DNA from: Spirochaetota bacterium
GTDB taxonomy: Bacteria; Spirochaetota; UBA4802; JAFGDQ01
DNA: 20,666 nt
Direction: 5' to 3'
Assembly (NCBI GenBank): GCA_043803405.1
Contig: JAZDKB010000022.1
Location: 1-20,666 of the forward strand
A model generated the notes under the pieces. The model worked only from the letters and a program-made list of their open reading frames with translations. It was not told where the DNA came from and did not search any database. Numbering within the stretch: the stretch's first letter is position 1; each line of letters opens with the position of its first letter. This document shows, in pieces, positions 17,593 to 20,666 of the stretch. Made by a program: the position numbers and the translations under genes.

Positions 17593-18621
17593 ATGAAAAA
17601 AATATCACTAATAATTATTTTTTTAAGCGGAATACTGATACTGCAAACGAATCTTTATTCCAAGATTACTGTTAAAGTAAAAGAAATAACATATATTGAC
17701 GGACTAAAAGAAAACCAGGTGTTCGGTTTCGGCCTGGTTGTCGGATTGCAGGGAAGCGGAGACAGTAAGTCCGCGCTTGCTGAAGCTTCGCTTAAAAGTG
17801 TGCTTAAAAACATTGGCATAACAGAAGACGAGAACTTTAAATCAAAGAATATTGCAGCAGTACTATTGACCGCAAAGCTCCCTTTGTATGTAAGGGTAGG
17901 AGACAGGATTGATGTTTCGGTATCCTCTATCGGTGATGCAAAATCGCTCGAGGGCGGCGTTCTTATTCAATCACCGCTAATGGGAGCTGATGGAAAAATC
18001 TACGTGGTAACTCAGGGCGCGTTGTCTTTTGCTTCTCCTAAGAGCGGGAGAAAAATAAGAACATCTGCAAATATTATAAACGGCGGCATAGTTGAAAGAG
18101 CGCTGGAACCGGATATTGTAGCAAATAATGCTATTACTCTTGTGCTGCGGGATTGGGATTTTACTGTTGCTGATAGTATTATTAAAGCAATATCAGGACA
18201 GTTTAAAGAATCAAATCCGGAAATTATTAATAACGGAAAAATAAAAATAACAATTCCAAAAGACGCTAAATTGACTGAATTTATATCTGCAATCGAAAAT
18301 ATTGAAGTTAATCCAAGTTCGGAAGCGCGGGTAGTTATAAACGAAAAAGACGGGACTATAGTTATGGGCGGGGATGTAAAGATATCTGAAGTAGTTGTAA
18401 GCAAAGATGGAATGACTATTAAAGTAGCCGCGAAAGGGGACAAAGGGGATAAAGCCGGTGCCGGCGGGAACGCAAGTGCTGCTGCCATAAAAGATGCAAA
18501 TACAGTTAAAGATATTGTCGATTCACTAAACTATATTGGCGCGTCGACCCAGGATATTATTGCAATACTCAAAGCGATTAAAGAAGCAGGCGCGCTTCAC
18601 GCAAATCTTATAATTAAATAG
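17593..18621 (+). CDS. flgI: Flagellar P-ring protein
   Basis: NQVFGFGLVVGLQGSGD, SIGDAKSLEGGVL, ARVVINEKDGTIVMG, ILKAIKEAGALHA. Confidence 0.96.
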   Translation: MKKISLIIIFLSGILILQTNLYSKITVKVKEITYIDGLKENQVFGFGLVVGLQGSGDSKSALAEASLKSVLKNIGITEDENFKSKNIAAVLLTAKLPLYVRVGDRIDVSVSSIGDAKSLEGGVLIQSPLMGADGKIYVVTQGALSFASPKSGRKIRTSANIINGGIVERALEPDIVANNAITLVLRDWDFTVADSIIKAISGQFKESNPEIINNGKIKITIPKDAKLTEFISAIENIEVNPSSEARVVINEKDGTIVMGGDVKISEVVVSKDGMTIKVAAKGDKGDKAGAGGNASAAAIKDANTVKDIVDSLNYIGASTQDIIAILKAIKEAGALHANLIIK

Positions 18622-18630
18622 GAATTTAAA

Positions 18631-19008
18631 ATGGAAATCACAGATGTTCTAAATTCTAATAATACAAGTTACAATGCCGGTTCAAAGGCAATCAGCCAGA
18701 AAAAAGAAAATAAATTCCAGCAGTTACTTGAGAAAAATTTTGAATCAAATAATACAGTCTCACATGTAAAAAAAGAAAAACCTATTGATACCAAGCTTAT
18801 GAATGTATGTATTGAAATGGAATCGATATTTGTCGGCAAAATGCTTAAGGAAATGAGAAATTCTCTGCCAAAAGAAAAGCTTATTGACGGCGGCTTTGCA
18901 GAAAAAATATTTGAAGATATGCTTTATGATGAATATGCTTTAAATCTTTCTAAAACATCCAATCTTGGTATTGCAAAAATGCTTTACAACGACCTCAGCA
19001 GGAAATAA
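18631..19008 (+). CDS. flgJ: Rod-binding FlgJ (no muramidase domain)
   Basis: EMESIFVGKMLKEMR, FEDMLYDEYA, GIAKMLYNDL; follows flgI. Confidence 0.88.
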   Translation: MEITDVLNSNNTSYNAGSKAISQKKENKFQQLLEKNFESNNTVSHVKKEKPIDTKLMNVCIEMESIFVGKMLKEMRNSLPKEKLIDGGFAEKIFEDMLYDEYALNLSKTSNLGIAKMLYNDLSRK

Positions 19009-19014
19009 AATTCT

Positions 19015-20334
19015 TTACGACTTTTTACTCTGCACATTTACGGTTTTATAAGTAGGATTAAAGTATCCAAGCAATATATCAGGAAAAGTCTTTTTAATAT
19101 CTTCGATCCATGACATTATACCGATAAACTTCCCGGAATAATTTTCCATTCCAATTGTCTTTATATACGATAAAGGATCAATATTTAAATTGCGTGTTTG
19201 TATCATATTGATATTTGTTTTTCGTATAAAATTTTTTAACGCCAGCAATTCAGCAGGATTATCTGTAAACCCCGGAAACATAAGATAATTTATTGATACC
19301 CATACTTTATATCGTTTTGCGATTTTTATGGATTGCATAACATCTTCAAATGAATAGTTCTGAGGATGGTAATAAGAATTATAAAATCCCGGCTGAGCGG
19401 AATTGATGCTTACGCGCATGCTGTTAAGGCCTGCTTTGCATAACCGTTCGATTGCATCCGGCAAACTTGCGTTTGTATTTATGTTGATTATACCGCGATT
19501 AGTAAGGCTGCGGATAGCACATATAGATTCTTCGATCAGATTTGCCTGAAGCAGCGGCTCTCCCTCACATCCCTGTCCAAAACTTGCGATTGGATTAGAT
19601 GCGTTCTTAAGGTGCGGTACAACATATTCAATAATTTCTTTTACAGTAGGGATAAAATCAATCCTGTCCTGCGAAGCTGGAATTCCTGAATCATTAGGCT
19701 GTTTTGAAATACATCCGACACAAACAGCATTGCAGGCGCTGCTTACCGGAACAGGACATTCCCATCTGCCAAGTATAAAATTGCAGGCATTAGGACAGTT
19801 ATATTTTAGAGCACAATTATTAACTAAATGAGATACAAGTCTATTACCAGGATATCGCTTAAGAATTGCTTGTGCTTTTGAAGCAACAATCGAAAGAGTT
19901 TGCTCCGAAATTTCATGGCGTTTTTGACGATCGATAAGAGTCCCGGCAACATAAAACCGTCCGTTTTTAAAACCGGTTGCCGAATAACAAAACAGCGGCA
20001 ATCGCGGGGCATGCGGGAGTTCAACATAAGCGCTATTAAAAGTCCGGATATAGCCCGGTGGCATGAACGCAGCTACCGCGAATACGGGAGTGCCGTTATA
20101 TTCTTTTATTTCGATAAATTTTTTTTGCTCAGCATCATATCCGACAGGAATGCGTTCGGGAAGCATGTATAAAACACTCGTTCGCGGCATTGGGATAATA
20201 CAAATATCGTCCGGAACTATAGTGGAATTGAGTGATGTCCCGGCCATGAAAACTCCGGGTATTTCGAATATATTGCCTTCGCAATCGCTAACGACAACTA
20301 AAGGAGGCTGCATAATAAATTTTTTCTGATGCAA
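19015..20334 (-). CDS. Radical SAM protein of unknown function
   Basis: CxxxCxxC (CNAVCVGC), FGQGCEGEP, NTNAS, RVSINS; extra C-x5-C-x3-C cluster. Start could be 20334 or 20313. Confidence 0.9.
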   Translation of the reverse strand: MHQKKFIMQPPLVVVSDCEGNIFEIPGVFMAGTSLNSTIVPDDICIIPMPRTSVLYMLPERIPVGYDAEQKKFIEIKEYNGTPVFAVAAFMPPGYIRTFNSAYVELPHAPRLPLFCYSATGFKNGRFYVAGTLIDRQKRHEISEQTLSIVASKAQAILKRYPGNRLVSHLVNNCALKYNCPNACNFILGRWECPVPVSSACNAVCVGCISKQPNDSGIPASQDRIDFIPTVKEIIEYVVPHLKNASNPIASFGQGCEGEPLLQANLIEESICAIRSLTNRGIININTNASLPDAIERLCKAGLNSMRVSINSAQPGFYNSYYHPQNYSFEDVMQSIKIAKRYKVWVSINYLMFPGFTDNPAELLALKNFIRKTNINMIQTRNLNIDPLSYIKTIGMENYSGKFIGIMSWIEDIKKTFPDILLGYFNPTYKTVNVQSKKS

Positions 20335-20345
20335 TATGGCTAATG

Positions 20346-20418
20346 AGCCAACGACCCGAATTGAACGGGCGACCTGCTCATTACGAGTGAGCTGCTCTAC
20401 CGACTGAGCTACGTTGGC
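20346..20418 (-). tRNA. tRNA-Thr (anticodon CGT), CCA not encoded
   Basis: Minus strand GCCAACGTAGCTCAGTCGGTAGAGCAGCTCACTCGTAATGAGCAGGTCGCCCGTTCAATTCGGGTCGTTGGCT folds into a full cloverleaf; anticodon loop CT-CGT-AA; U discriminator followed by CATTA. Confidence 0.96.
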
Positions 20419-20427
20419 TTTTGCACT

Positions 20428-20455
20428 AAATTAATTGATCCGCTGCATTAATCAA
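20428..20455 (-). promoter_or_regulatory. Possible sigma-70 promoter of tRNA-Thr
   Basis: Minus strand TTGATT-N16-TAATTT, ending ~10 nt before the tRNA 5' end. Confidence 0.35.
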
Positions 20456-20645
20456 CAAAAAAATCCATTTGAGTACTAATATTTAATGGAAATACTCTAT
20501 GCGGCCTTTATTTCTAATAAAAAAAAGACGAACCTTAAATTCTTTTATATATTCTAATGAACAATAAATATCGCATTTGTTAATAAATAATTTTTTCTTT
20601 AAATATCTTTAAATACAAGAATAAAAAAAAAAATTATAAAATAAT

Positions 20646-20666
20646 ATGAAAAAAATATTTATAATT
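20646..20666 (+). CDS. Start of a probable exported protein truncated by the window edge (MKKIFII...)
   Basis: ATG AAA AAA ATA TTT ATA ATT looks like a signal-peptide start and has the same aaataat-ATG context as the gene at 2109. Confidence 0.45.

Noticed and set aside
18432..18453. 9-bp tandem repeat (KGDKGDK) in flgI
   Set aside because: Two copies in a low-complexity linker; in-frame and unremarkable.
16982..18488. Long antisense ORFs (168 aa and 158 aa) opposite flgH and flgI
   Set aside because: Shadow frames of well-supported genes, with no motifs or SD.
20300..20418. tRNA-Thr as integration site of a genomic island
   Set aside because: No integrase, no duplicated tRNA 3' end noticed in the window, and flanking genes look chromosomal.

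Overview
Ordinary chromosomal window of a low-GC bacterium, most likely a spirochaete related to Leptospirae. The basis is the flgG-flgA-flgH-flgI-flgJ cluster, OmpL1-like beta-barrels, an LIC20035-like MORN lipoprotein and a clade-X PfkA, all recognised from memory rather than by search. Left to right it contains: a small zinc-ribbon gene; three tandem divergent outer-membrane beta-barrel paralogs coupled to a prepilin peptidase; ribBA followed by a receiver/RsbW-like kinase fusion; a PAP2 phosphatase; a lipoprotein with a metallophosphoesterase fold that lacks every metal ligand; a 69-aa Cys-rich orphan gene behind a near-consensus sigma-54 promoter with upstream palindromic enhancer-like boxes; pfkA; purL-purQ, with purL bracketed by two copies of a ~80-bp palindromic repeat; a MORN lipoprotein; the flagellar rod/ring operon; and a radical SAM gene directly behind tRNA-Thr(CGT). 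No transposase, integrase, CRISPR array or rRNA was seen. The best leads are the sigma-54/enhancer/Cys-rich microprotein module, the pseudo-phosphoesterase lipoprotein, the OmpL1-like triplet with pilD, and the palindromic repeats around purL.
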